From: Terriglobia bacterium | GTDB lineage: Bacteria > Acidobacteriota > Terriglobia > JAJPHL01 > JAPKYU01 | DNA length: 64,000 bases | Assembly (NCBI GenBank): GCA_965223005.1 | Contig: CBDCVK010000002.1 | Span: forward strand, 493,075 to 557,074 | Reading direction: 5' to 3' | Shown: one piece after another, positions 39,732 through 50,805 of the stretch | Position numbering within the stretch: position 1 is the first letter of the stretch | Layout: every line of letters begins with the position of its first letter | Program-made: the position numbers and the translations under genes | The notes under the pieces: generated by a model | Told to the model about the DNA's origin: nothing | The model's database searches: none | Seen by the model: only the letters and a program-made list of their open reading frames with translations

Positions 39732-40910
39732 TCAATCCTCGTCGAAGATCGAGCGCAGGTAGCCCTCTACCAGGAAATCTTGGCCGATGCGGCGCAGCTC
39801 AGTGATACGAACGGGCAGGGCGTCCCGCAGCGAGCGGAGGCCACGGCCGCCAAAGAGTGAAACGGCATCCTGGCCGCCCAGCAGCTTTGGCGCGTAGAAG
39901 AGCATCACCTTGTCCGCAACGCCGCTTTCCAAGGCAGTGGCGTTCAGGGTTGCGCCGGCTTCAAGCAACACGCTGGTGACCTCGCGTTGACGCAACGCAG
40001 CCAGCACGGCTGCCCAGGCCGGCCGTGCGCTGCTTCCGCTTTCGCCGAGCCGAAGGATTTCCACCCCGCGCCGCTCGAGCGCCCGCGCGCGAGCTTGGGG
40101 CGGATCGGTTGCGCAGACGACCAGCACATCGTCGCGCGCCGATTGAGCCAGCTGGCTTTCGGGTGGCAGGCGCAGCGCCGAGTCCAGCACCACCCGCAGC
40201 AGTGGGCGGCGCCGGTGCCGGCCGCTGCGGTCGGTCAGCAGCGGGTCGTCGGCCAGCACCGTTCCCACGCCGGTCACCAGCGCATCGTGGCGGTGGCGCA
40301 GCTGCTGTACGCAGGCGCGCGCTTCCCCGCCGGTGATCCAGCCGGGCCGCTTGTCGCCGGCTTCGGGAGCGGCGATCCGACCGTCCAGCGTCATCGCCCC
40401 CTTCAGGGTGACGAATACGCCGCCTCGGATGTATCGAGCGAAGTGTTCATTTAGGCCCTGGCACAGCTCGGCGAGCACGGGCTCCTCGACCGCGATGCCG
40501 GCCGCCCGCAACCGGGCGAATCCTTTTCCGCACACCTGCGGGTTGGGGTCGCGCATGCCCGCAACTACGCGCGCCACGCCCGCCTGGATCAGCGCTTCGG
40601 TGCAGGCTCCGGTGCGTCCCTGGTGGCAGCAGGGCTCCAGATTCACGTAGAGCGTGGAGCCACGTGCCGCGTCGCCAGCCTGCTTCAGAGCCAGCACCTC
40701 GGCGTGGCGCAGGCCGTCGTAAGTGTAGCTGCCTTCGCCGCAGACGCGCCCGTCGCGCACTACGACGGCGCCCACCATCGGATTGGGGCTCGTCAACCCC
40801 TCGCAGGCCTCGGCTAGCTCCAGAGCCCGTCGGAGAAACGCTAGGTTAGTCGGAGAAGCAGCAGCGGGGGGGACGGTGGCTGAGAACGCAGGCTGCGATG
40901 GAAAACCCAT
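39732..40910 (-). CDS. ribD: riboflavin biosynthesis deaminase/reductase
   Basis: PNPMVGAV, HAE, LEPCCH.GRT..C, TLDGRIA, GTVLADDP.LT. Confidence 0.96.
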   Translation of the reverse strand: MGFPSQPAFSATVPPAAASPTNLAFLRRALELAEACEGLTSPNPMVGAVVVRDGRVCGEGSYTYDGLRHAEVLALKQAGDAARGSTLYVNLEPCCHQGRTGACTEALIQAGVARVVAGMRDPNPQVCGKGFARLRAAGIAVEEPVLAELCQGLNEHFARYIRGGVFVTLKGAMTLDGRIAAPEAGDKRPGWITGGEARACVQQLRHRHDALVTGVGTVLADDPLLTDRSGRHRRRPLLRVVLDSALRLPPESQLAQSARDDVLVVCATDPPQARARALERRGVEILRLGESGSSARPAWAAVLAALRQREVTSVLLEAGATLNATALESGVADKVMLFYAPKLLGGQDAVSLFGGRGLRSLRDALPVRITELRRIGQDFLVEGYLRSIFDED

Positions 40911-41881
40911 CAGGACGCCTTTTCCGAAAGCTTGTCCTGGAACAAGGACTCAATGAACTGCTCGGGATCGAAGGGTATCAGGTCGTCTTTTTTCTCGCCG
41001 ATGCCCACGTAGTGAATGGGCAGCTTCAATTCGCGGGCGATGGCCACGGCCACGCCGCCTTTGGCCGTACCGTCCAGCTTGGCCAGCACCAAGCCGGTGA
41101 CTCCGGCCGAGTGTGTGAACTGGCGTGCCTGCTGGAGGCCATTCTGGCCGGTGGTGGCGTCCAGAACCAGCAACACTTCGTGCGGCGCCCCAGGGATGAC
41201 GCGGGCGGCGGTGCGGCGCATCTTTTCCAGCTCTGCCATCAGGTTACTTTTGGTGTGCAGCCTGCCAGCGGTATCTACCAACACGCAGTCCAAGCCACGA
41301 GCCCGGGCTGCCTGAAGCGCGTCGAAGAGCACGGCACTGGGATCGGCGCCTGGCTTTTGCTTCACCAGGTCACAACCGGTGCGCTCAGCCCAGATTTCCA
41401 GTTGCTCGATGGCGGCCGCGCGGAACGTGTCGGCCGCGCACAGAAGCACCCGTTTCTGGTCGGACCGAAGCTGGTGGGCCAGCTTGCCAATCGTGGTTGT
41501 CTTGCCGGTCCCGTTCACTCCCACGATCAGAACCACGGTCGGCGGAGGTGGATGGCGGACGCCGTCGACGGCCGTGCGTTTCAGGATCGCCAGCAGTTGC
41601 TGCTTAACCAGTTCCCTCACTTGCGCGGCGTCGGCAACCTGGTTGCGGTCCACCTGCTCCCGAACCACTTCCAGGACCTCGCCCGTGGTCGTCACACCCA
41701 GGTCGGCTCCGATCAAGGCGGCTTCGAGTTGCTCCAGCAGCTCGGGATCAATTTCCGTGTGGCTACGAAATACCTCGTCGAGCCGGCCAGTCAGGTTTTC
41801 CTTGGTGGAGCTGACGGCCTGCTGTAGGCGCTCGAAGACACCGGCAGGTGGCTGTGGCCCGAACAGCGTCTGGATTGGCAT
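40910..41881 (-). CDS. ftsY: signal recognition particle receptor FtsY
   Basis: GVNGTGKTTTIGKLA, DTFRAAA, DTAGRLH, KLDGTAKGG. Confidence 0.97.
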   Translation of the reverse strand: MPIQTLFGPQPPAGVFERLQQAVSSTKENLTGRLDEVFRSHTEIDPELLEQLEAALIGADLGVTTTGEVLEVVREQVDRNQVADAAQVRELVKQQLLAILKRTAVDGVRHPPPPTVVLIVGVNGTGKTTTIGKLAHQLRSDQKRVLLCAADTFRAAAIEQLEIWAERTGCDLVKQKPGADPSAVLFDALQAARARGLDCVLVDTAGRLHTKSNLMAELEKMRRTAARVIPGAPHEVLLVLDATTGQNGLQQARQFTHSAGVTGLVLAKLDGTAKGGVAVAIARELKLPIHYVGIGEKKDDLIPFDPEQFIESLFQDKLSEKAS

Positions 41882-41968
41882 ACGAAACCGCCCGGCTAAA
41901 TGATAGCACGCGCCCTGCAGTCGAGCCGGCCCAGCTCGACTTCCGATGTTGGGCTTTGGATGTTGGAC

Positions 41969-43738
41969 TTAGACGACCAGAGCTGCGCGGGTGGCCCGCA
42001 ACTGGCCGCTTTCGATCAATTGCTGCAGCGCCTCGGTACAGCGGGAGTCAAATCTTTTGTTGGCCTGCGAGAGGATGTACTTCAGCGCCACCTCGGGTTG
42101 CATGGCCGCCTGGTAGGGCCGGTGGGTGGTCATGGCGTCGAAGGTGTCGGCCACGCTGATGATGCGCGCAATCAGCGGAATCTCGTCGCCCTTCACTCCG
42201 TGCGGATAGCCGCGGCCGTCCAGCGATTCATGGTGCAGCTCCACCCCGGGGATCATCTCTTGCAGCTTCTCGATCGGCCGCAGGATGGTGGCTCCCTTGC
42301 TGGTGTGCTGCTTCATGATCGCGAATTCTTCCGGCGTCAGGGCCCCGGGTTTTTTCAGGATGCGGTCCTCGATGCCGATCTTGCCCACGTCATGAAGTAG
42401 CCCGGCGATCTTGACCTTGTAAAGCTCCTCCTCGGCAAGGCCCATTTGGGTGCCAATCAGCACCGAGTAGCGAGTAACACGCTCGGCGTGGCCGTGGGTA
42501 TAGGGGTCCTTTTCGTCCACCGCGGCGGCAATCGTGCGGATCGAGGAGAGGAACAGCTCGTGGTTCTCCTCAGCCGCCCGCTTCAACCGCGCCACATACT
42601 GCTCCAGCTCACCGGTCATCTGGTTGAAGGTGGCCGCCAGCTCACCGATTTCGGTGCGACTCTCGAGCTGGATGCGCTGGCTGAAGTCGCCGCGGGCGAT
42701 GGCCCGGCTGGAACGGGTCAGCACGTTGATGGGGGTGGTGATCCGCAGTGCAGAGAAGTAAGCCACTACCAGACTAATCACCAGCGCCACCACGCCCCAC
42801 AGCGTGGTGACCAGCGCCATTTGCGAGGCGGAATAATAAGCGGCTTTCTGAGGCTTCTGCGCGATGACTGCCCAACTCAAGCTCCGCGCCGCAGAGTACG
42901 TTCCCAGCATGGGCATTTTTCTCCCGTCCTCGCTGATCTCGTACTCAATGGTCGGGCCCCGTTCCGGGGCATCTTTCTGCAAAAACTCTCCGACGATCCG
43001 CAGCCCCGACATGTCCTGTCCGATGGTGTGCTCGGAAAGGTCGTGGTGCAGCATCAGGCGCCCCGCGGAATTCACCACGAACACCTCCAGGCCGTGCCTG
43101 CTGGAAGCCCCCAAGCGCTGGACCAGCGGCTCTAGGTCCACAACTCCCGCCAGCATCCCGCGGAAGCGGTCGCGCCGCATCACTGGCAGGGAATCCACCA
43201 TCACTGGCAGGTGCATGGGCCCGCGTTGTACCAGCACTGGGTCGCTCTGCATGGGCTGGTTCTGCTGGGCAGCGGTAAAAGCCGCCCCCAGAGCCTTGCC
43301 TAGGAAGGGATCGCGTTCCGCATCGTAGCTGGGGGGATACTGGATGCCGGTCGCCTGCTCGTTCAGCAGGGTGACGTAGAGCAGATTCGGATTGGAATCG
43401 TAAAACTGCTTCAGGGTGCTGCGAATGTAGGGCAAATCCCAGAACGGCGCCTTTGGATCAGTCGGTTCCAGCGTCTTCAGCAGGGTTTGGAGCTGCTGCC
43501 GCTGGCTGGAGTCATACAGCTTGATCTCCTCGGCCACCGAATAGGTGATCGTGTTCTGTAGTTCTTGCTCGTTAGTCTCCAGCGCGTTCCGGTTTATACC
43601 GATGACCATCCAGCCGTAGATGAGCAAGGGCGCCACGCTGACCAGCAGCAGCACGGCGAAAATCACCGAGAGAATGGGAATGCGTTTCAGGGTAGGAGTG
43701 GGAATGCGCTTCAGTAAACGAACGAGAACGCGTGTCAT
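41969..43738 (-). CDS. membrane HD-GYP phosphodiesterase with extracytoplasmic sensor and HAMP domain
   Basis: two TMs, HAMP EIGELAATFNQM, KDPYT.GH, LHDVGKIG, HHE..DGRGYP.G. Confidence 0.9.
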   Translation of the reverse strand: MTRVLVRLLKRIPTPTLKRIPILSVIFAVLLLVSVAPLLIYGWMVIGINRNALETNEQELQNTITYSVAEEIKLYDSSQRQQLQTLLKTLEPTDPKAPFWDLPYIRSTLKQFYDSNPNLLYVTLLNEQATGIQYPPSYDAERDPFLGKALGAAFTAAQQNQPMQSDPVLVQRGPMHLPVMVDSLPVMRRDRFRGMLAGVVDLEPLVQRLGASSRHGLEVFVVNSAGRLMLHHDLSEHTIGQDMSGLRIVGEFLQKDAPERGPTIEYEISEDGRKMPMLGTYSAARSLSWAVIAQKPQKAAYYSASQMALVTTLWGVVALVISLVVAYFSALRITTPINVLTRSSRAIARGDFSQRIQLESRTEIGELAATFNQMTGELEQYVARLKRAAEENHELFLSSIRTIAAAVDEKDPYTHGHAERVTRYSVLIGTQMGLAEEELYKVKIAGLLHDVGKIGIEDRILKKPGALTPEEFAIMKQHTSKGATILRPIEKLQEMIPGVELHHESLDGRGYPHGVKGDEIPLIARIISVADTFDAMTTHRPYQAAMQPEVALKYILSQANKRFDSRCTEALQQLIESGQLRATRAALVV

Positions 43739-43834
43739 GGGACTAGTCCCACTATTGTCTCCGAATCGAGTTCCATCTGCATAGCCTGCACCAGCCGGAC
43801 CGGTGGCTCGTGGGACACATGCTAGAATAGCGCG

Positions 43835-45076
43835 ATGGCCGAAATCCGGCGCAGAAAATCGGTGGTGGCAGAGGTCGGCGGCGTGAAGGTCGGTGGTCCG
43901 CACCCGATCGTCGTGCAATCCATGACCAACACCGACACCGTCGACGTGAACGCTACGGTCGAGCAGGCGGCGGCGCTGGCCAAGGCCGGCTCGGAGCTCG
44001 TGCGGATCACCGTCAACACCGAGGCTGCCGCGGCGGCAGTGCCCGCTATCGCCGACGGCCTGGAAGCCAGAGGGGTGAGCGTTCCCCTGATCGGCGACTT
44101 CCATTACAACGGACACTTGCTGCTGAGCCGCTATCCGGAGTGCGCCCGGCGGCTGGCCAAGTACCGCATCAATCCCGGCAATGTGGATATCGGCAAGAAA
44201 CAGGATGAGAATTTCCGCACCATGATCCGAGTGGCGCTCGAGCACGGGAAGCCGGTGCGGATCGGTGTGAATTGGGGCTCGCTGGACCAGGCGCTGCTGA
44301 CCCAGTTGATGGATGAAAACGCGCGCCAGGCCCGGCCGCGCGGCGCCGAGGAAGTGACCGAGGAGGCGATGGTCGAGAGCGCGCTACGCTCAGCCCGCCG
44401 GGCCGAGGAATACGGGCTTCCCAACAGCGACATCATCCTCAGCGCCAAGGTCTCCAGCGCGCAGAGCCTGATTGACACCTACCGCACGCTGGCCGCCCGT
44501 TGCGAGTACCCGCTGCACCTGGGCTTGACCGAAGCTGGCCTGGGCGTCAAAGGTATCGTGGCCAGCACTGCGGCCTTGGCCATTCTGCTGCAGGAGGGCA
44601 TCGGCGACACCATCCGGGTCTCGCTGACCCCGGCGCCCGGCGGCGACCGTACCGAGGAGGTCCTGGTGGCCCAGCAGATCCTGCAGTCGCTCGGGCTTCG
44701 CAGCTTCACCCCGCAGGTCAGCGCCTGCCCAGGCTGCGGCCGCACCACCAGCACCTTCTTCCAGGAGATGGCTGAGCAGATTCAGACTTACCTGCGCGAG
44801 CAGATGCCGGTGTGGCGCGAGCGACACTCCGGCGTGGAAGAGCTGCGCGTGGCGGTGATGGGCTGCGTAGTCAACGGGCCGGGCGAGTCCAAGCACGCGC
44901 ACATCGGCATCTCTCTGCCCGGCACCTTCGAGGAACCCAAGGCGCCTGTCTACGCCGACGGCCGGCTGCTGCTCACCCTGAAAGGCTCCACCATCGTCGC
45001 GGACTTCATCCGCATCCTGGAGAACTACGTGGCCACCCATTACGACGCCACGCGCGAAGTGCCGGCCGCAAAATAG
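43835..45076 (+). CDS. ispG: HMBPP synthase IspG (GcpE)
   Basis: [60 protein letters not shown]. Confidence 0.97.
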   Translation: MAEIRRRKSVVAEVGGVKVGGPHPIVVQSMTNTDTVDVNATVEQAAALAKAGSELVRITVNTEAAAAAVPAIADGLEARGVSVPLIGDFHYNGHLLLSRYPECARRLAKYRINPGNVDIGKKQDENFRTMIRVALEHGKPVRIGVNWGSLDQALLTQLMDENARQARPRGAEEVTEEAMVESALRSARRAEEYGLPNSDIILSAKVSSAQSLIDTYRTLAARCEYPLHLGLTEAGLGVKGIVASTAALAILLQEGIGDTIRVSLTPAPGGDRTEEVLVAQQILQSLGLRSFTPQVSACPGCGRTTSTFFQEMAEQIQTYLREQMPVWRERHSGVEELRVAVMGCVVNGPGESKHAHIGISLPGTFEEPKAPVYADGRLLLTLKGSTIVADFIRILENYVATHYDATREVPAAK

Positions 45077-45118
45077 CTGGCGCTAGGGATGACATGGTAG
45101 CCGGGCCGGTGCGCCACT

Positions 45119-47106
45119 CTACGGGTTATCGAGCAACCAGAGCTGGCGCTCTTCACGCTTGAGGGTGAAGGCGAGCGACTTGCCGTCCGGGGACCACTGG
45201 AGTTCCGACTCAACGTCGTCGTCCTCAGTAAGCCGCCCAAAGCCGCCTGTGCGCACGTCCAGGGTGAAAATGTCCACCGGGCCTCGGCGCCAGGACCAGA
45301 AGGCCAGCCGGCTGCCGTCAGGCGACCACACTGGATTCCACCCCGCGGTATTCAGGGATTGTGACTGGCCGGTTCCCAGGTCGAGACTCCAGAGCCGCTC
45401 GCCATGCGCACTATCTACTTTTGTGTAAACCAGCGTCTTGCCATCCGGCGAGCAGGCCATGGAGCAGTGGTAAAGTTTCGAATCGCTGGTGACATTCTTC
45501 GGCGAGCCGCCGGCAGAGGGAATCCTATAAATGTCCGCCTTAGAGCCGCGCTTGTAGGCAGTGTAGAAGATGGAACTTCCGTCCGGGGACCACACCAGAT
45601 CGGTATCAAACTTCTGTTCCGAGATAAGAACCTGGGGCTGCCCTCCAGTCGCGGGCACGACGAGCAGCTTGTCCCCGCTGAACACGGCGATTCGAGAGGA
45701 GTCCGGCGACCAGGCAATCACGCCACCTTCTTCGATCTTCAGCAGCTCGAACTCCTTGCCACCTGCGGTAGGGATCACGTGCAAAGTTTTTCTCGCTTCC
45801 GGAACTCCAGCTTTCCCACCGACGTTGTCCCCGACGGCTGCTGCTGACCACCTTGTTGCAACTGGGAGGTGTCTACAGCCAGGAACGCGATGGAGGCCCG
45901 GTCCGGCGCGACACGGAACAAAACGACATCGCCGCGCTCGGTAATCTTCTTCCCTCCACCCGTTGCGATGTTTTGGGCAACCAAGTCCCCGTGGCCCCGA
46001 ACTAAAGTGGGAGCTTCTCTCGAACCTCCTGTGAGGTAGAGCAGTCTCTGGCTGTCGAGCCACTGGGGTTGGCTTCCTTCGACCAGTACTCTCTTGGTTC
46101 TGCCGTTGTCAATATCCATCAGGGCTATACGGAAGCTGTCCTTCCTCAACTGCAGGGCCATCGTTCGGCAATCGGGGGTCTGGACAGCCCGGGCAACCTC
46201 CAACTGCTGGAAGTGTGTCACCTGAACCGGGTCGCCAACGGGCAGACCGGTTTGCTCGGAAATAGCCGATTTCCAAAGCTGGAAGGTGCCGCCACGGTTG
46301 GAGATGAAATAGGAGTAGCGACCGTCGGAGGACCAGCCAGCCGGGAAATCAAAGGCGGAATCGGTCGTAATTCGCACTTTTGTCTCGCGCTCGACGTCAT
46401 AGTAGTAGGCGTCAAAGTTGGCGCCGGTTCCCCACCAGTAGGCAATCTTCTTGCTATCGGCCGACCAGTGCAGGCCATAGCGTCCCCAGGCCTCAGTGAG
46501 GGAGCGCGGGGTACCTCCTGCGGAGGGGATCAGGCGCAGGTCAGGTCCTACAAAGGCGATAGATTTTCCGTCGGGCGACCAAGCCGGGGCTTCCGCTTCG
46601 CCCTGAGAAAGCTGGTATTCGGCGCCGTCGCTTAGAGAAGTCACCCACAATCCCGTCCGGTCGCCTCCGCGGAAGGAAGCGTAGACCAGCTGCGCCTCGT
46701 CGGGAGACCACGCCGGCCACAAATGCGCGCCTCGCCCCAGTTCAATCTTCCGAGCATCTAACCCGGAGAAATCAGAGATCCAGATGCTGGGACTGCCGCG
46801 TTTGCTGTATGCGATGCGGCCTCCATCCGGCGCCAATCGCAACGATCTCTCCAAGGCGCCTCGCGCCTCTAGTGCGCCCATAACGAAGCGCAAGTTGGCC
46901 GGCGCCAATTCCGGACCTCCTGGTTGGAGTGGAGCCCGGTTGAGCCACCATCTGGCAGTCACCCCCAGAAGAGCGAGCACGACTCCCAGAGCCGCCCACC
47001 GCAACCTTCTCCGGGAGGCCTTCCGGACTTTTTCCCGCACTTCCAGCCTCTCGCTCGCCCCTTTGGGAGATTCCTGAGAGGAGGGCGGCAACTCATCTGT
47101 CGCCAT
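45119..47106 (-). CDS. membrane-anchored TolB-like/PD40 beta-propeller protein, frameshifted at about 45.8 kb
   Basis: N-terminal TM, many WSPDG repeats across two overlapping ORFs. Confidence 0.8.
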
Positions 47107-48613
47107 GGTTGTTACTCCTTATGTGGTCCGGCGCCTGCGGCTGGAGACGTCCGTCCGGGGTCAGCACGTAGGGAGCCGAGGTGCCACGCGATAGCGGATG
47201 GTCCAGGTAGAACTCCAGGCCGTACTCGATGTGGCGGCGCACGCCGGGGCTCAGGGTGAGCTGGGAGGCAGGAATGCCGCGGGCCTGGATCTGGCGAGCC
47301 AGCGGTCGAGCGGAGGCCCGTTGGTCCACAGGGGCCGCCACCAGGGCAAGCAGACGGACGAAGGTGGCCGCAGTCAGCGCGGTGGCCAGCACGGTCGCAC
47401 CCAGGCGACGCCCGCGCCAGGCGACGGTGACCAGCACAATGGCTCCAACCAACGTCAGGGCAACCAGCGACCGGTCCAGCGACTGTGCCCCCACCTCGGC
47501 GAGGGCGGAACGTGCTCCCTCAGCAAGCGCCAGCGGTAGCACTCCGACGAGTACCGCCGTGGCCGGCAGCAGCAGCGCCTGCCCCAGGAATACCCAGCGC
47601 AGTCGGCTGGCCGGGGCGCGCGCCAGTTCCTCGCCGATCCAAATAGCCATCGCTGGCACGGTCACCAGCACATATCCGGGCAGCTTGGCTTGCGAGGCGG
47701 AAAAGAACACCACAACGGGAACGATCCAGGCCAGCAAGAAAAGCCGGCGCTGATCATTGCGCAGCCCTCGCCAGCCCAATCCTGCCATGTTGACCACGAT
47801 CAGGGCCAAGTGTGCGCTCCAGGGAAACATCCCCGCCAGCAGCACCGGCAGGTAGTACCACCAGGGCCCCGGGTGTTTCAGTTCCGAAGTCAGGTAGCGG
47901 CTGAAGTGGTGCTTGAGGATAAACTCCTCGACAAAGCGGTCGCCATTATAAGAGTAGACGGCGAGGTACCAGGGCAGCGTGAGCAGCAGGAATAGTAGCA
48001 GCGGCCAAGGCGCCAGCACGCGCAGTAGCCATCGGTATTCGCCGGTGGCGAGGCAATAGCTGAGCAGCACCAGCGCGCTCAAGACGATGGCGACCGGCCC
48101 CTTGGCCAGCACAGCAATCGCCAGCAGCGCGTAGAACCCGTACAGCAGCGAATCATGCCCCTGCCAAACCCAGACCGCCAGCAGGCCCAACGCGCCCGCC
48201 AGCGCTGCGCTGAAAAAAATGTCCGGGCTGACCCCGCGGGCAAACCCCAGCCAGCCAAGCGATGAGGCCAACACCAGCAGCGCATAGCGGGACGTTTCCC
48301 CGCGGAACAGCCGACGCACCACCCACCCAAACAGCGGCAGGAAGGCGGCAGCGGCCAATGCTGAAGGCAGTCGTGCGGACCACTCCGTGACCCCGAAGAG
48401 GCGGAAGGAGGCGGCTGCCAGCCAGTAGTACAGTGGCGGTTTTTCCAGCCAGGGTTCTCCGTTCAGGTGCGGCGTGATGTAATCGCCGCTGCGGAGCATC
48501 TCGCGGGCCACCTGTGCGTAACGGGGCTCATCGGGGCCCAATAGCCCCACGTCTCCCAGGCCGTAGAAGAAGAGCAGCCAAACCGCGCACGCCAGGAAAA
48601 TCGCAAAGCCCAT
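47093..48613 (-). CDS. ArnT-like GT39/GT83 glycosyltransferase
   Basis: DEPRYAQVAREM, EKPPLYYW, ARLPSA, LAKGP, KLPGY. Confidence 0.9.
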   Translation of the reverse strand: MGFAIFLACAVWLLFFYGLGDVGLLGPDEPRYAQVAREMLRSGDYITPHLNGEPWLEKPPLYYWLAAASFRLFGVTEWSARLPSALAAAAFLPLFGWVVRRLFRGETSRYALLVLASSLGWLGFARGVSPDIFFSAALAGALGLLAVWVWQGHDSLLYGFYALLAIAVLAKGPVAIVLSALVLLSYCLATGEYRWLLRVLAPWPLLLFLLLTLPWYLAVYSYNGDRFVEEFILKHHFSRYLTSELKHPGPWWYYLPVLLAGMFPWSAHLALIVVNMAGLGWRGLRNDQRRLFLLAWIVPVVVFFSASQAKLPGYVLVTVPAMAIWIGEELARAPASRLRWVFLGQALLLPATAVLVGVLPLALAEGARSALAEVGAQSLDRSLVALTLVGAIVLVTVAWRGRRLGATVLATALTAATFVRLLALVAAPVDQRASARPLARQIQARGIPASQLTLSPGVRRHIEYGLEFYLDHPLSRGTSAPYVLTPDGRLQPQAPDHIRSNNHGDR

Positions 48614-48754
48614 TCGCTGATGAGTGTATCGCGAACCCCGGCCTGGTGAACTTGCGTCCCGATAAGGTCCATGGGTATGCCCATGGTACGAGGGGAGCTA
48701 GTTCGGCAGCAGAGGAGGGCCGGGCGCTCAAGAATCGGGGTGTACAATGCGTAG

Positions 48755-49660
48755 TTGCTTCAACACAAAGTTGAATACGCGCTGGCCAGGATCATTCTGG
48801 GGATTCTGAGACCGCTGCCGAGGGTGCTGGCTCGCCTGGCGGCGGAGCTTCTCGCCTTCCTGGTGTACTTGCTGGCGGGCCGGTTCCGGTGGGTAGCGCA
48901 CCGCAACCTGCAGCTGGCACTTCCGGAGCTCAGCGCCGGCGAGCGGCGCCGTATCGTTCGCGGTGTCTATAGAAACCTCGGACGAATGCTGGCTGAGTTC
49001 GCGCACTTCCCGCGCTACACCCGGCAGAATGTGGCCCAAGTGATCCCCTACGATGGCTTCGAGAATTATGAGGAGGCGGTGCGCCGCGGGCGGGGCGTGA
49101 TCTATTTGACCGGACACCTGGGAGCCTGGGAGCTGGGCGCATTTGCTCACTCAGTTTACGGCCACCCGCTTCACGTGCTGATCCGACCGCTGGACAATCC
49201 CTACTTGAACGAGCTGGTAAATCGCCGCCGCACCCTGGCTGGTAACCGCATCCTCGAAAAACGCGACTTCCTCCGCGGCATCCTGGAAGCGCTGAGGAAG
49301 AACGAAGCCGTGGGCATCCTGGCAGACCAGAATGCCTCCCCGCAGGACGGCGTCTTTATCGAGTTCTTTGGCGTGCCGGCCTGCACCGCGAGCGGACTGG
49401 CAAAGATCGCAGCGCACGCAGAAGCCGCCGTGGTGCCTGCTTTCGCCTTCTGGGATGCCGCGCAGGGCCACTATCGGTTGCGGTTTGACCCGCCGCTGGA
49501 GCTGGTGCGCACAACAGACGCGGACCAGGACGTGGTGGCCAACACCCAGCTTCTTGCCAGCGTTCTGGAGCAGCACATACGCCGCCATCCCGACCAGTGG
49601 CTGTGGATTCACCGGCGCTGGAAAACCCGACCCCCCGGCGAGTCGCCGCTGTATGAGTGA
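48755..49660 (+). CDS. lipid A late acyltransferase (LpxL/HtrB family)
   Basis: GHLGAWE, ILADQ, FFG, PDQWLWIHRRWK. Confidence 0.92.
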   Translation: MLQHKVEYALARIILGILRPLPRVLARLAAELLAFLVYLLAGRFRWVAHRNLQLALPELSAGERRRIVRGVYRNLGRMLAEFAHFPRYTRQNVAQVIPYDGFENYEEAVRRGRGVIYLTGHLGAWELGAFAHSVYGHPLHVLIRPLDNPYLNELVNRRRTLAGNRILEKRDFLRGILEALRKNEAVGILADQNASPQDGVFIEFFGVPACTASGLAKIAAHAEAAVVPAFAFWDAAQGHYRLRFDPPLELVRTTDADQDVVANTQLLASVLEQHIRRHPDQWLWIHRRWKTRPPGESPLYE

Positions 49661-49688
49661 AGGGCAGCGCTGTGTAACAATGAAGTGC

Positions 49689-50750
49689 ATGACGGAGTGG
49701 ACACCCGGTTATCTGCGCCTTTCAGCGACCGGCGAGCTGGCCGAGCGCGGGGCGCGTCTGGAAGCGTTGCTGGCCTCCTGTACGGTCTGCCCGTGGGATT
49801 GCCGGGTGAACCGTCTGGAGAACCAAGCCAAAGTCTGCGCCGCCGGTTACCTCCCGATTATTTCTTCCTACGGGCCACACTTCGGAGAAGAACCGGCTCT
49901 GAGCGGGACCCACCTGCCGAGCGGGCAGGCGCGTGGCGCCGGCAACATCTTTCTCGGTCACTGCAACATGCGCTGCGTCTACTGCCAGAACTGGCAAATC
50001 AGCCAAGACCTGCGGACGCAGCGACCCACTCGGGAAACAAGTCTGGAGCGGCTGGCCGAGATCATGCTGGAACTCCAGCAGCAGGGCTGCCACAACATCG
50101 GCCTGGTCTCGCCCACGCATTTTGCGCCGCAGCTCGCGCGGGCCGTGGAGATCGCTGCCCGGCGCGGGCTCCGCCTCCCCCTCGTCTACAACACCAACGC
50201 CTACGACAGCGTGGAAGTGCTGCGCCTGCTGGAAGGAATCGTTGACGTTTACCTGCCCGACCTGAAGTACAGCGACGAGGAAACGGCGCGTACCTACTCC
50301 CGGGTCCCACACTACGTGGCCAGCGCGCGGGCCGCGGTCAAGGAAATGCACCGGCAGATGGGAGACGAGCTGGTCATGGACGAGCGGGGGTTGTTGCGGC
50401 GTGGCTTGGTGATTCGCCTGCTCGTGCTCCCCAACGACCTGGGCGGGCTGCGAGAAACGCTGGAGTGGATCGGCGCGGAGCTTTCCCCGCGCGTCACCGT
50501 GAGCGTGATGTCGCAGTATTACCCCACCAATAAGGTGGGTCGCGCTGATCCGAGTGGCGCCGAGGAGTTGTTCCCCTTGCTGAACCGCAGGGTCCGGCCG
50601 CGAGAATGGGAGCGCGTGCTGGAATGGCTGGAGGAATTCGGTTTCGAGAACGGGTGGGTTCAGCCCCTGGGAGAAGAAGCGGCGGAATATTACCGCCCCG
50701 ATTTTTCAGACCGGCTCATGCCTTTTGTTGACGCCTGCGATTTCCGCTAG
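49689..50750 (+). CDS. PflX-like radical SAM protein
   Basis: C.VCP..C.VNR, HFGEEP.LSG, CNMRCVYCQN, HNI.LVSPTH, YLPDLKY. Confidence 0.9.
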   Translation: MTEWTPGYLRLSATGELAERGARLEALLASCTVCPWDCRVNRLENQAKVCAAGYLPIISSYGPHFGEEPALSGTHLPSGQARGAGNIFLGHCNMRCVYCQNWQISQDLRTQRPTRETSLERLAEIMLELQQQGCHNIGLVSPTHFAPQLARAVEIAARRGLRLPLVYNTNAYDSVEVLRLLEGIVDVYLPDLKYSDEETARTYSRVPHYVASARAAVKEMHRQMGDELVMDERGLLRRGLVIRLLVLPNDLGGLRETLEWIGAELSPRVTVSVMSQYYPTNKVGRADPSGAEELFPLLNRRVRPREWERVLEWLEEFGFENGWVQPLGEEAAEYYRPDFSDRLMPFVDACDFR

Positions 50751-50805
50751 CTCTGCTCGACGTCCTGCTGCCCTCAAGGGCCAGCTCTACAGCTTGAAGG
50801 AGAGC

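Noticed and set aside
43670-43720. LKRIP duplication at the HD-GYP N-terminus
   Set aside because: Small in-frame duplication ahead of the TM helix; probably neutral
43739-44245. N-terminal extension of the HD-GYP ORF
   Set aside because: Antisense shadow of ispG; the real start is probably 43738
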